Positions 1 to 8,514 of a DNA stretch of 32,000 nucleotides are shown in pieces. Source of the DNA: Candidatus Heimdallarchaeota archaeon. Its GTDB lineage: Archaea; Asgardarchaeota; Wukongarchaeia; Wukongarchaeales; JBHIFL01. Location of the stretch: assembly GCA_046761065.1 (NCBI GenBank), contig JBHIFL010000019.1, positions 1 through 32,000 of the forward strand. The letters run 5' to 3'. Position numbers and translations under genes: made by a program. A model generated the notes under the pieces. It had not been told where the DNA came from and ran no database searches. It worked only from the letters and a program-made list of their open reading frames with translations. Numbering within the stretch: the stretch's first letter is position 1; each line of letters opens with the position of its first letter.

Positions 1-108
1 GCCCCGGCGGCAGTGGCGGCGGAAGAAGAAGTGGCCGGAGAACCCCCGGCGGAGGCCCCGGCGGCAGTGGCGGCGGAAGAAGAAGTGGCCGGAGAACCCC
101 CGGCGGAG
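1..108. repeat. perfect 54-bp tandem duplication (2 copies; may continue left of the window)
   Basis: nt 1-54 and 55-108 are identical (gccccggcggcagtggcggcggaagaagaagtggccggagaacccccggcggag). In frame, each copy encodes APAAVAAEEEVAGEPPAE. Visibly GC-richer than the rest of the window. Confidence 0.95.
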
Positions 109-234
109 GAAAACAAGAAGAAGAGAGAAGGAGAAAGGAGAAAAGAAGAGATTGCGGGAAAGGATGCCGGAGGAAAACAAGAGGAGAGTAAGGATGTAGA
201 GAAGTCATCGGATGCTCCTCCGGAAGAAAAATGA
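1..234 (+). CDS. 3' end of an upstream gene, probably ribosomal protein uS3, with a low-complexity Ala/Pro/Glu/Lys-rich C-terminal tail (partial, open to the window edge)
   Basis: The frame is open from nt 1 and stops at TGA 232-234. Identity is inferred only from conserved archaeal operon order (uS3 precedes uL29). The visible peptide is pure low complexity. Confidence 0.45.
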   Translation, partial: APAAVAAEEEVAGEPPAEAPAAVAAEEEVAGEPPAEENKKKREGERRKEEIAGKDAGGKQEESKDVEKSSDAPPEEK

Positions 235-250
235 AAAGAGGCAATGCAAG

Positions 251-463
251 ATGGTGCTCCATCCAGAAGAAATTCGGAAGATGTCTGTGGACGAAAGAAT
301 GAAGCAATTAAGCGAACTCCGAGCAGAATTGTTACGTATCCAAGGCAGTATAGGAATGGCGGGAACCCCTGAGAATCCAGGTAAGATCCGATTCATTAGG
401 AAATCAATCGCGAGGATATTAACTGTAAACCGGGAGGAAGAATTGGGCCTAGAACGGAAGTAA
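251..463 (+). CDS. rpl29: 50S ribosomal protein uL29
   Basis: MVLHPEEIRKMSVDERMKQLSELRAELLRIQG...ENPGKIRFIRKSIARILTV matches the uL29 pattern. ATG 251 is preferred over ORF-track start 212 because of the agagg motif upstream and the typical 70 aa size. Confidence 0.9.
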   Translation: MVLHPEEIRKMSVDERMKQLSELRAELLRIQGSIGMAGTPENPGKIRFIRKSIARILTVNREEELGLERK

Positions 464-813
464 TGAGAGATTATACTATCACGTATAGAAAAGAACGTGG
501 CGGGGAGTTAAAAATCCACTTTGTAGAGAGAGAGGACGTGCGTACCTCAAAGAACTTAATCAGACACGAGTTAATAGGATTAGAGGTTAAGATCATTCTG
601 TCGCCACGAACTACAGAAATTGGCCTACAGGGGATCGTCGTTAATGAAACTAAAAATACATTGACAATTCAAACCACCCGTAAAATCGTGATTGAGAAGA
701 AAAGCCGCACATTTCGATTTAAAGTGGGACAAAACAAGTTAACCATAGAAGGCACGGGCTTGATAGGTCGCCCTGAAGACCGATTAAAAATAAAAATATG
801 GAAAAGTAGGTAA
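463..813 (+). CDS. rnp1: RNase P protein component 1 (Rpp29/Pop4 homolog)
   Basis: LIGLEVKIILSPRTTEIGLQGIVVNETKNTLTIQT...LIGRPEDRLK is the Rpp29 OB-fold signature. Its ATG overlaps the uL29 stop (taATG). It sits at the canonical position between uL29 and uS17. Confidence 0.85.
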   Translation: MRDYTITYRKERGGELKIHFVEREDVRTSKNLIRHELIGLEVKIILSPRTTEIGLQGIVVNETKNTLTIQTTRKIVIEKKSRTFRFKVGQNKLTIEGTGLIGRPEDRLKIKIWKSR

Positions 814-1337
814 GTGAACACCTTCCCTCTTTTCCAGAGATCTTCTTGCGAGACATTCAATAAAATCTGTTCGATGTGAAAAAAGCTTGATTTCCAATTT
901 AAGGCAACGATTATCCTGGGGAGGTCTATTTCAGAGACTTTACTTAAGTAAAGAGGAGCCAAGAAGTTCTATGCATCCGAGTGGCTAGATACGAAAACTA
1001 CAGTATTCGAATTGTAGTGATAGTTAGACTTGATTTATATAGGCAAATATTAGCAAAAGAAAGAAATGAAATGCATAAATGGGTGTTTAATCAGACCTGT
1101 TTGGGATCCCATAACCCCATTGACTTTACCGATATAGGATCTCGTTCTCTCGAGGAAAGGTGCAACATACCATAACTTATAAACCACTAATATACTGAAA
1201 AGAAAGAAAGGAAGTAATCCAGCCCTTACTTGAAAAAAGGAGATTGTTTTAGACTTTCTTTAACAAACACAATCTTCTATAGGTAGTAGTGCAGCTGTAG
1301 AGTTAGGAACATTCAATTTAATAACCCGGTGTAAAAA

Positions 1338-1679
1338 ATGATGAAAGGACCCAGGGATATAGGGCTTGAGACGGTTATGCCGCCCCAAACATGTACAGAT
1401 AACTTATGCCCTTACCATGGCAAGTTGGCAGTACGTGGCAAGGTTTTGGAGGGAGTAGTGGTCAGTCACCGAATGCAACGAACCGTAACTGTTCAGCGGG
1501 AATATTTATTATTTCAAAAGAAATACAAGCGGTATGAAAAAAGACGAAGTAAAATCAAAGCCCATAATCCCCCATGTATAAATGTGATCCGAGGAGATAG
1601 AGTACGTATTGCGGAATGCCGTCCCCTCAGTAAAACTATAACATTTGTAGTGATTGCAAAACTAGAGGAAGAAGAATGA
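1338..1679 (+). CDS. rps17: 30S ribosomal protein uS17
   Basis: [38 protein letters not shown]...[25 protein letters not shown]; operon position. Confidence 0.92.
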   Translation: MMKGPRDIGLETVMPPQTCTDNLCPYHGKLAVRGKVLEGVVVSHRMQRTVTVQREYLLFQKKYKRYEKRRSKIKAHNPPCINVIRGDRVRIAECRPLSKTITFVVIAKLEEEE

Positions 1680-2092
1680 GTGAAAAATTGCATTTAGGAG
1701 GCCCACTGCCCCGTTTGAGCAGAGGATTACCAGTTGGGGCGGAGATTAAATGTGCTGATAATACCGGAGCGAGGATTCTAGAGATTATCGCGGTAAAGGG
1801 AATAAAAACTCGACTAAGGCGGTTACCGGCCGCCACTGTGGGAGATATGGTAATTGTCTCTGTTAAAAAAGGAAGTCCCAAATTGCGACGACAAATCTTA
1901 CCAGCTATAGTTGTACGCCAGAAGAAACCCTTTCGTCGAGTAGATGGGACATGGATCCAATTTGAAGAGAGTGCGGCTATTCTAGCCACTCCTAGAGGTG
2001 AACCCCGGGGTTCTGAGGTTCGAGGACCCGTAGCGAAGGAGGCAGCCGAGCGATGGCCACGCGTCGCCAGTGCGGCAACAATCATTGTGTAA
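1676..2092 (+). CDS. rpl14: 50S ribosomal protein uL14
   Basis: [26 protein letters not shown]...[11 protein letters not shown]...[12 protein letters not shown]; ATGA overlap with uS17. Confidence 0.95.
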   Translation: MSEKLHLGGPLPRLSRGLPVGAEIKCADNTGARILEIIAVKGIKTRLRRLPAATVGDMVIVSVKKGSPKLRRQILPAIVVRQKKPFRRVDGTWIQFEESAAILATPRGEPRGSEVRGPVAKEAAERWPRVASAATIIV

Positions 2093-2111
2093 TTATAAAC
2101 AAAGAGGAAAA

Positions 2112-2510
2112 ATGATGAAAGCATCAAAACAACCAAGAAAACAGAGACGGACCTTACGGGATATGCCACTCCATCGACGGAGGCGGCGGATGTCAGCTCG
2201 ACTTACGCGTGAACTACAGCTAAAACACAGAAGAAAGCGGGTGGGCGTGATCAAAGGTGATAGCGTACGAGTGATACGAGGAGAATTTAAAGGAGTGGAA
2301 GGCGAAGTGACCACAATTAACACTAAAACTGAACGGTTATTTATAGATGGGGTGACTCGTGAGAAAGCAGATGGGTCAACCATGTATTATCCGATCCATC
2401 CCTCAAAAGTGGAACTTACGAAGCTGCAGGAAAAAGACCCTTGGCGGAGTAAAATATTAGGACCCAGGCGACAAATTGAAGCTACTAAGGCAAAAGAGCG
2501 TGAAAACTAG
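2112..2510 (+). CDS. rpl24: 50S ribosomal protein uL24
   Basis: KQPRKQRR...LHRRRRRMSARLTRELQLKH..VRVIRGEFKGVEGEV (KOW motif). ATG 2112 is preceded by agagga. The ORF-track GTG 2070 would overlap uL14. Confidence 0.9.
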   Translation: MMKASKQPRKQRRTLRDMPLHRRRRRMSARLTRELQLKHRRKRVGVIKGDSVRVIRGEFKGVEGEVTTINTKTERLFIDGVTREKADGSTMYYPIHPSKVELTKLQEKDPWRSKILGPRRQIEATKAKEREN

Positions 2511-2521
2511 GAGGAAGCAAA

Positions 2522-3265
2522 ATGGGAAGAAAGGGGGCAAAAAAACACCTAAAACGACTGCCTGCGCCCAAAACATTTCGCATCCCCAGAAAACAAGCTA
2601 AATTTACAGGGCGCCCCGCCCCAGGTCCACATCGGTTGAATGAATGTATTCCACTGTTTATTGTGATTCGTGATCTCCTAAGGTGGGCGAATACTGGAAA
2701 AGAAGCGAAGAAGATCATAACAGCTGGGAAGTGCAAGATTGATGGGCGGGTCATCCGAAATTATCGGTTTCCAGTGGGATTGATGGATATTTTAACTATC
2801 CCAAGTGTAGATGAACGGTTTCGAATCCTTCCGTATACAGGACCTCCTCTAGTTTTACACCCTATTTCAGAAGAAGAAGCCAATATAAAGCTAACAAAAA
2901 TTATTCGCAAGACAAAAGTCAAGGGCGGTGAAATCCAGCTTAATCTACATGATGGACGAAACAAGCTGTTCCTGGAAGAGGAATTTGAAGCCTTGGATCT
3001 GGAACTTTGTACTATAGGGAGTACTTTAAGATTGACTGTGCCCGAACAGCAAATTCAAGACCTTATCCCTCTCGAATCAGGGGTTAGTGCCCTTGTGACA
3101 GCAGGCAAGAATATTGGACTCCAAGGACGGATTCTTGAACTCGAAAGAAAAATGGGAAAAGGTACTGCAATTCTTCAAGCCACACAGGAGAAAATCTTTC
3201 GCACCGCTTTGGAATTTATCTTTGTTGTAGGACGAAACAACCCAGTGATTTCCCTTCCAACCTGA
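2522..3265 (+). CDS. rps4e: 30S ribosomal protein eS4
   Basis: MGRKGAKKHLKRLPAPKTFRIPRKQAKFTGRPAPGPH... is the canonical eS4 N-terminus; taggagg SD upstream. Confidence 0.95.
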   Translation: MGRKGAKKHLKRLPAPKTFRIPRKQAKFTGRPAPGPHRLNECIPLFIVIRDLLRWANTGKEAKKIITAGKCKIDGRVIRNYRFPVGLMDILTIPSVDERFRILPYTGPPLVLHPISEEEANIKLTKIIRKTKVKGGEIQLNLHDGRNKLFLEEEFEALDLELCTIGSTLRLTVPEQQIQDLIPLESGVSALVTAGKNIGLQGRILELERKMGKGTAILQATQEKIFRTALEFIFVVGRNNPVISLPT

Positions 3266-3531
3266 AAACCTGAAAAACGCGCCAAAAAAATGGAAAAAAA
3301 GGAATATCTAGAGATAACAGGGTATATAGAAAGTATTTATGTCCTCTAACATTTAACCCTTCCCGGTTCAATTATGTAAAAAAGGTCTTCTTATTTTTGA
3401 GAGAAAATAAGTAAACAATAGATTGTATTTGGAGACAACGGAACAATCAAAAGAAATTATGATGACTATATTTGAATCTACCTAGAACCAATCAGCCCTT
3501 TAATAAATTAATCAATAAGAAGGAAGCCTCA

Positions 3532-4113
3532 ATGAGTATACTTGAGAACAAGGAAGACAGTACAGGGGGAATTGTAAAGTATTTCCCCACCCCAGAAGAA
3601 TACGGGGGAAATCAAATGCGAATTCCAAAAGTTGAGAAAGTCATTGTGAATTTTGCAGTAGGACAATCAGGAATTCCATTGGAAAAGGCCAAAAAAGTAT
3701 GTGAACAGCTTACGCAACAAAAACCAGTGGAGAGTAAAGCCAAACAAACCATTCGGGAGTTTGGAATTAGAAAAGGAGAACCAATTGCATGCAAAACAAC
3801 CCTTCGTGGGCACCAGGCAGAAGTATTTTTAGAGAAAGCTCTGCAAGCGAAAGATAAGACATTGAGCAAAAAAAATTTTGATATCTATGGAAACTTCTCT
3901 TTTGGAATAAAAGAACATATTAATTTACCAGGAACACGTTATGATCCCGATATAGGGGTATTAGGATTTGAAGTATGTGTCACTATGGAACGATCAGGAT
4001 ACCGTATTAAGAGAAGACGACATCAGCCAAAAAAGATCCCAACAACTCATAAACTGACCAAAGAAGAAGTTATTAGGTTTATTACAAAAAAATACGATAT
4101 AACGCTTGAATAA
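3532..4113 (+). CDS. rpl5: 50S ribosomal protein uL5
   Basis: MRIPKVEKVIVNFAVGQSG...FGIRKGEPIACKTTLRG...FSFGIKEHINLPGTRYDPDIGVLGFEVCV. ATG 3532 (aaggaag SD) is preferred to TTG 3472. Confidence 0.93.
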   Translation: MSILENKEDSTGGIVKYFPTPEEYGGNQMRIPKVEKVIVNFAVGQSGIPLEKAKKVCEQLTQQKPVESKAKQTIREFGIRKGEPIACKTTLRGHQAEVFLEKALQAKDKTLSKKNFDIYGNFSFGIKEHINLPGTRYDPDIGVLGFEVCVTMERSGYRIKRRRHQPKKIPTTHKLTKEEVIRFITKKYDITLE

Positions 4114-4124
4114 AAGGTGATTAA

Positions 4125-4280
4125 GTGGGAGAATCACAAAGACAAGCCTATGGAAAGGGTAATCGGGCTTGTCGAAGATGTGGTACAACTCGTGGCCTAA
4201 TTAGACGGTATGGATTAAATGTTTGTAGGCGATGCTTCAGAGAAATCGCCAGAAAACTCGGTTTTACAAAATTTGACTGA
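4125..4280 (+). CDS. rps14: 30S ribosomal protein uS14 (zinc-binding type Z), 51 aa; absent from the ORF track because it is under 60 aa
   Basis: Own translation from GTG 4125: [51 protein letters not shown], stop TGA 4278-4280. CxxC...CxxC zinc motif, aggtga SD 5 nt upstream, canonical slot between uL5 and uS8. Confidence 0.88.
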   Translation: MGESQRQAYGKGNRACRRCGTTRGLIRRYGLNVCRRCFREIARKLGFTKFD

Positions 4281-4396
4281 ATAGCTGATCGCATATATGT
4301 CCCCCAAAACCTGAGAATCTTGAAGTAACCAGAGAAATCAGTCAAATAGAAGGAGGTTTATGCTAAAAAGCCCTTTCATGATAAGAGGTGTGTAGC

Positions 4397-4789
4397 TTGA
4401 CAATAATCGATCCCTTGGCGAATGCCTTAACAACTATAAAGAACAATGAGATTTTAGGTAAAAAGGAATGCTTGATCCGCCCCGCCTCGAAACTCATTGC
4501 GAACGTATTACGTGTGATGCAACAATATGGAGTCATCGGTGAATTTGAATTCATCGATGATGGGAGGGCAGGCATTTTCAATGTCCAACTCCTTGGCCGA
4601 ATCAATAAGGCCGGGGTGATTCGCCCCCGTTTTCCTGCGTCCCGAAAAACCCTGGAACAATGGGAAAAAGTCTATCTCCCAGCTCGAGATTTCGGAATTC
4701 TTATATTAACCACCTCTCAAGGTATTATGACTCATGATGACGCGCGATCGAAAGGAATTGGAGGACGTCTTCTTGCGTATATCTATTAG
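4397..4789 (+). CDS. rps8: 30S ribosomal protein uS8
   Basis: (M)[24 protein letters not shown]...[31 protein letters not shown] 4397 follows a gaggtg SD by 6 nt. GTG 4388 (ORF track) is the alternative. Confidence 0.92.
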   Translation: MTIIDPLANALTTIKNNEILGKKECLIRPASKLIANVLRVMQQYGVIGEFEFIDDGRAGIFNVQLLGRINKAGVIRPRFPASRKTLEQWEKVYLPARDFGILILTTSQGIMTHDDARSKGIGGRLLAYIY

Positions 4790-4811
4790 GAGCAAAGGAG
4801 CATAAAGCAAA

Positions 4812-5366
4812 ATGGTATCCCAAATTATTGAAGAACGGATTCTTGAAATCCCCAAGGATGTTGAGGTCTCCTTGGAAGGGAGACAAATCTCGGTAAAAGG
4901 GCCAAAAGGGGAGGTTACCCGAGATTTTTCCTATGCCAGAAGACTTTTCATCCAAAAAAAAGACGAAGAAATAAGGGTTCACGCAAATTTCCCACAAAAA
5001 ACCACCAAAGCCTTAGTAGGAACGATATCATCCCATATCGCAAATATGATCCATGGGGTCACAAGAGGGTTCACTTATAAACTGAAAATCGTATCCAGCC
5101 ACTTTCCAATCTTTGTGGATGTTAAAAGGGATACCGTGACAATCCAAAATTACTTGGGGGAAAAGGCGGCCCGATTTGCGAAGATAGTAGGAAATACGCA
5201 AGTAAGGGTTGAAGAAGACAATATAATTGTTGAAGGCCCAGACATCGAAAAAGTCGCGCAAACGGCAGCTAATATCCAAGAAATTCCAAGACTACGAGGA
5301 AAGCGGAGAAAGGACACACGAGTCTTTCTCGATGGGATCTATATTTACGACCGGGAAAAAAGATGA
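4812..5366 (+). CDS. rpl6: 50S ribosomal protein uL6
   Basis: IPKDVEVSLEGRQISVKGPKGEVTRDF...GFTYKLKIVSSHFPI; operon position. Confidence 0.93.
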   Translation: MVSQIIEERILEIPKDVEVSLEGRQISVKGPKGEVTRDFSYARRLFIQKKDEEIRVHANFPQKTTKALVGTISSHIANMIHGVTRGFTYKLKIVSSHFPIFVDVKRDTVTIQNYLGEKAARFAKIVGNTQVRVEEDNIIVEGPDIEKVAQTAANIQEIPRLRGKRRKDTRVFLDGIYIYDREKR

Positions 5367-5382
5367 ACAGTGAGAGAGAATA

Positions 5383-5886
5383 ATGAAGAATAAACGGACC
5401 ATCCGAACAACGAGAACTCAGCGAAAGAAACCAAAGTTTCAACGTCCAGATAGTTGGAAGCTCCAGCGGCTTAAAGCCAGTTGGCGTCGCCCACAAGGAA
5501 TTGATAACAAGATTAGGAAACAAAAGAAGGGATATCCACCAAAAGTAAAATCCGGCTATCGAAGTCCATCTAGGAGTAGGAACCTGCACCCTTCGGGTTT
5601 TGCGGAGGTTCTCATCTATTCCCCTCAAGAATTAGCCCTTATTGACCGAAAAAAGCAAATAGTCAGTATTGCCAGCACGATAGGAGCTCGAAAGAAAACA
5701 AAAATTCTAGAAAGAGCGAGAGAATGGGCAATTAGGATTACCAACCCAGGAATGGGCCCAAGAGCTCTCGAAGAGGAATTAGAGCTGGAATTTAGCGAAG
5801 AAGAGTTAGAAGCCCTCGAAGAGTTGGAGGCTCTCGAAGAGAGCGAAGAAGATGTTAAAGCACGGGAAGAAGAACAAGAAGAATAA
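5383..5886 (+). CDS. rpl32e: 50S ribosomal protein eL32 with a long acidic C-terminal extension
   Basis: KPKFQRPDSWKLQRLKASWRRPQGIDNKIRKQKKGYPPKVKSGYRSP is the eL32 core. The C-terminal ~45 aa are E/L-rich (EEELELEFSEEELEALEELEALEESEEDVKAREEEQEE). Confidence 0.9.
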   Translation: MKNKRTIRTTRTQRKKPKFQRPDSWKLQRLKASWRRPQGIDNKIRKQKKGYPPKVKSGYRSPSRSRNLHPSGFAEVLIYSPQELALIDRKKQIVSIASTIGARKKTKILERAREWAIRITNPGMGPRALEEELELEFSEEELEALEELEALEESEEDVKAREEEQEE

Positions 5887-5906
5887 TTAAAAGTTTGGTG
5901 AGTGAA

Positions 5907-6362
5907 ATGGTTGATCTAAGGCCTCAACGACGAATCGCAGCAAGCATCATGAAAATTGGAGAACATCGGGTTCAAATAGACCCGGAGCTCATATGGGATG
6001 TGGAACTTGCCCTCACTCGGGAGGACATAAAAAAACTTATTGCAGATGGAGTCATCCGCGCAAAACCAAAAAAAGGTATAAGCCGTGCTAGAGCCAAAAA
6101 AATGATGTTACAAAGGTGGAAAGGACGAAGAAGGGGGCAAGGGAAAAAAAAAGGGAAGAAAACCGCAAGACGTCCAAGAAAACAGATGTGGATTGACAAA
6201 GTTCGCCCATTAAGAAGATATCTCAAAGGGTTAAGAAATGAGGGGCTAATTGATCGCCGAGCCTATCGACAGTTTTATTTGCGAGTAAAAGGGAACAGCT
6301 ACCGAAACTTAAGACACCTAAAACTTGTCTTGAATGAGGCAGGCGTTCTGAAAAGGAAGTAA
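5907..6362 (+). CDS. rpl19e: 50S ribosomal protein eL19
   Basis: MVDLRPQRRIAASIMKIGEHRVQIDPE... is the canonical eL19 N-terminus. ATG 5907 has a ggtgag SD. TTG 5895 (ORF track) is less likely. Confidence 0.9.
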   Translation: MVDLRPQRRIAASIMKIGEHRVQIDPELIWDVELALTREDIKKLIADGVIRAKPKKGISRARAKKMMLQRWKGRRRGQGKKKGKKTARRPRKQMWIDKVRPLRRYLKGLRNEGLIDRRAYRQFYLRVKGNSYRNLRHLKLVLNEAGVLKRK

Positions 6363-6373
6363 GAGGCGATAAA

Positions 6374-6988
6374 TTGCTGCGAATGGAAAAAATGGGGGCA
6401 CGATATCGAGTACAATTCAGGAGAAAGCGTGAGAATAAAACTAACTACTATTTACGCAGAAAGTTGTTAGAATCGAGAGAGCCCCGACTTATTATCCGAA
6501 GGAGTAACAAACATATGACAATACAAGTAACTACGGCACATCCTGAAGGAGATCAGACCGTTGTGGCCGCAAATACCATCCAACTTGTTCGGGATTATGG
6601 CTGGAAAGCCGGAACATGCAATTTACCTGCAGCATACCTAATAGGGCTATTATTAGGACTCCGAGCTCAAAACAAAAATATCACCCGAGCGGTTCTTGAC
6701 ATTGGTTTTCACACCGTGATTTATGGGAGTCGAATTTTTGCGAGTTTAAAAGGAGTCGTGGATTCAGGGCTTCAGGTCCCCCATAATGAGATTGTGTTCC
6801 CAAGCGAAGAAAGAATCCGTGGAGAACACATTGCTAGATACTCAGAGTTATTACAAGCTTCTGAGGAAGAAGAAATGATAAAAAATAAACACCAGTTTTC
6901 AAATTATAAGGAAAGGGGATTAAGCCCTAAAAACGTGCCAAAACACTTTGAACAGACGAAAAAGAAGATATTAACCATGCAAAAGTAG
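6374..6988 (+). CDS. rpl18: 50S ribosomal protein uL18
   Basis: [25 protein letters not shown]...[15 protein letters not shown]. Start is ambiguous: TTG 6374 with a gagg SD, or ATG 6383/6392. Confidence 0.9.
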   Translation: MLRMEKMGARYRVQFRRKRENKTNYYLRRKLLESREPRLIIRRSNKHMTIQVTTAHPEGDQTVVAANTIQLVRDYGWKAGTCNLPAAYLIGLLLGLRAQNKNITRAVLDIGFHTVIYGSRIFASLKGVVDSGLQVPHNEIVFPSEERIRGEHIARYSELLQASEEEEMIKNKHQFSNYKERGLSPKNVPKHFEQTKKKILTMQK

Positions 6989-7001
6989 TAGGAGAAATAA
7001 C

Positions 7002-7690
7002 ATGAGCTTTAGAAGACGAAAACCCCCGAGAATGCCAACTGAAAAAAAAGAATGGGTTCCAAAAACACGATTAGGACGTCTAGTGCAAGAGGGGGATATT
7101 AGTTCCATTGAAGAAATATTTCAACACCACTATCGGATTGCAGAACCCGAAATCGTCGATACGCTGATGCCAAACCTAGAAGAAGAAGTGGTTAACATCA
7201 GCCTTGTGCAGAGAAGCTGTTATGCCTGATTGACAACCAGCTCTGTAAACAAACTGACGCGGGACGAAAGTCGCGATTTAAATCCGTCGTGGTGGTTGGA
7301 AACCGTGATGGATATGTTGGTGTAGCCGAAGGCAAAGCCAAAGAAGTTGGCCCCGCCATCCGAATCGGCATCGCTCGAGCTAAGACGCAACTGACCCCCA
7401 TTCGGAGAGGGTGTGGAAGTTGGGAATGTTCATGTCATGAACTGCATTCCGTACCATTTAAGGTAACTGGGAGATGTGGTAGTACACGAGTTAAAATAAT
7501 CCCTGCCCCAAAAGGGTTAGGTCTGGTCATTGGGGAAAATGCAAAAGCGGTTCTACGTCTGGCGGGAATTGAAGATGCTTGGACTCAAACCTTTGGTGAA
7601 ACCCGGACAACAACCAATTACGTTAAGGCCACAGTTGATGCTTTAAAACAAACATATCGAGTTGTGCATCCAAGGGATTGGATTCGATAG
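7002..7690 (+). CDS. rps5: 30S ribosomal protein uS5, reading frame interrupted near 7214-7250 (two colinear ORFs, 7002-7229 and 7289-7690 in the ORF track)
   Basis: The 5' ORF reads ...[24 protein letters not shown]...[12 protein letters not shown], then SCYA-stop. The other frame is open from at least 7199 and reads [34 protein letters not shown]...RRGCGSWEC...PAPKGLGLV. Together these give a complete uS5 once ~32-35 nt are skipped. Confidence 0.85.
7215..7249 (+). other. candidate intervening sequence in rps5 (35 nt as drawn; a 32 nt alternative also restores the frame; exact borders unresolved)
   Basis: Deleting 7215-7249 joins cag aga | caa act gac, giving VQR-QTDAGRK. The flanks are complementary: cagag 7209-7213 with ctctg 7241-7245, gctg 7216-7219 with cagc 7238-7241, ttgt 7204-7207 with acaa 7249-7252. 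Confidence 0.45.
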
Positions 7691-7728
7691 ACCTTCCATA
7701 CCAGTTACAAAAATATCTAGTATTCTAG

Positions 7729-7759
7729 GAAAGACCACTTTCTTAAGAAAGTGGCTTTC
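7729..7759 (+). terminator. strong hairpin about 40 nt downstream of rps5 (contains a perfect 20-nt palindrome, 7735-7754)
   Basis: gaaag-a-ccactttcttaagaaagtgg-ctttc: up to 8 bp around the ttaa centre of the palindrome, plus 5 outer bp with one bulged A. It lies in a 219-nt spacer before rpl30. A terminator or regulatory role is only inferred. Confidence 0.3.
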
Positions 7760-7909
7760 ATGAAATTCATTAACTCACTAGGTAATTTATACGATTTAAA
7801 CCCTGCCCAAATACATCCTAGTAAAAAAAAGGACAGTCAGAAATTTAAACGTAATAGAAACCTTCACCCTTCAATAATTTAAAGAAAGAAGCTCCCGAAG
7901 GTGAATTAA

Positions 7910-8410
7910 ATGCCAAAGACTAGTAAAAGAGAAACTCCAACCAACCTTCTTGCCGTGATCCGAGTCCGAGGTCGCGTAGATGTTCGACCGGAGGTAAAAC
8001 ATACCCTATCCCTACTTAGATTACACAAACCAAATCATTGTGTCCTTGTGAAAAATGAAACCCCGATACAGGGTATGTTGCAAGTTGCAAAGGATTGGAT
8101 CACTTGGGGAGAAATTAATAGAGACAATCTGGAAAAATTGCTGAAAAAACGGGCTTATCTATCGGAAGGTCAAAAAGGGTTATCAGAGGAGTACGTAAAA
8201 GAAAACACTTCTCATGAGAGTATGTCTGACTTAATCGAAGCGTTACTTGCAACCAAAAATACTATAAAAGAGATCAAAGGACTGAAGCCAGTCTTCAGGC
8301 TTAATCCCCCAAGAAAGGGGTATTCAGGAGTAAAAAACGCGTATACTAAAGGCGGAGCACTTGGATACCGGGGAAAGGCAATAAATGAGCTTCTTCGGCA
8401 AATGATTTGA
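7910..8410 (+). CDS. rpl30: 50S ribosomal protein uL30
   Basis: LLAVIRVRGRVDVRPEVKHTLSLLRLHKPNHCVLV...PVFRLNPPRKGY...GGALGYRG; operon position after uS5. Confidence 0.9.
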   Translation: MPKTSKRETPTNLLAVIRVRGRVDVRPEVKHTLSLLRLHKPNHCVLVKNETPIQGMLQVAKDWITWGEINRDNLEKLLKKRAYLSEGQKGLSEEYVKENTSHESMSDLIEALLATKNTIKEIKGLKPVFRLNPPRKGYSGVKNAYTKGGALGYRGKAINELLRQMI

Positions 8411-8514
8411 AGTTTAAATAATAGAAATTAAGAAATGGATAATTCAAAACGTTTAGAACTGCTTAACACCTAATGCTCTTAACGTCTTTTAAATTTGATT
8501 TGTGTAAGAGGGTC

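Noticed and set aside
981-1175. 64-aa GTG-initiated ORF in the rnp1-rps17 spacer
   Set aside because: No SD, no recognisable motif, rich in rare-looking residues. It is most likely a chance ORF in AT-rich DNA.
1636-2169. 177-aa minus-strand ORF
   Set aside because: It lies entirely antisense to rps17, rpl14 and rpl24, which have unmistakable r-protein sequences. Its composition is a typical shadow ORF.
7209-7229. Programmed -1 ribosomal frameshift as the explanation for the split rps5
   Set aside because: No X XXY YYZ slippery heptamer lies between the last conserved codon and the stop. A frameshift product would also carry ~12 unrelated residues ([11 protein letters not shown]) inside a conserved motif. 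It is kept only as a minor alternative in the finding.
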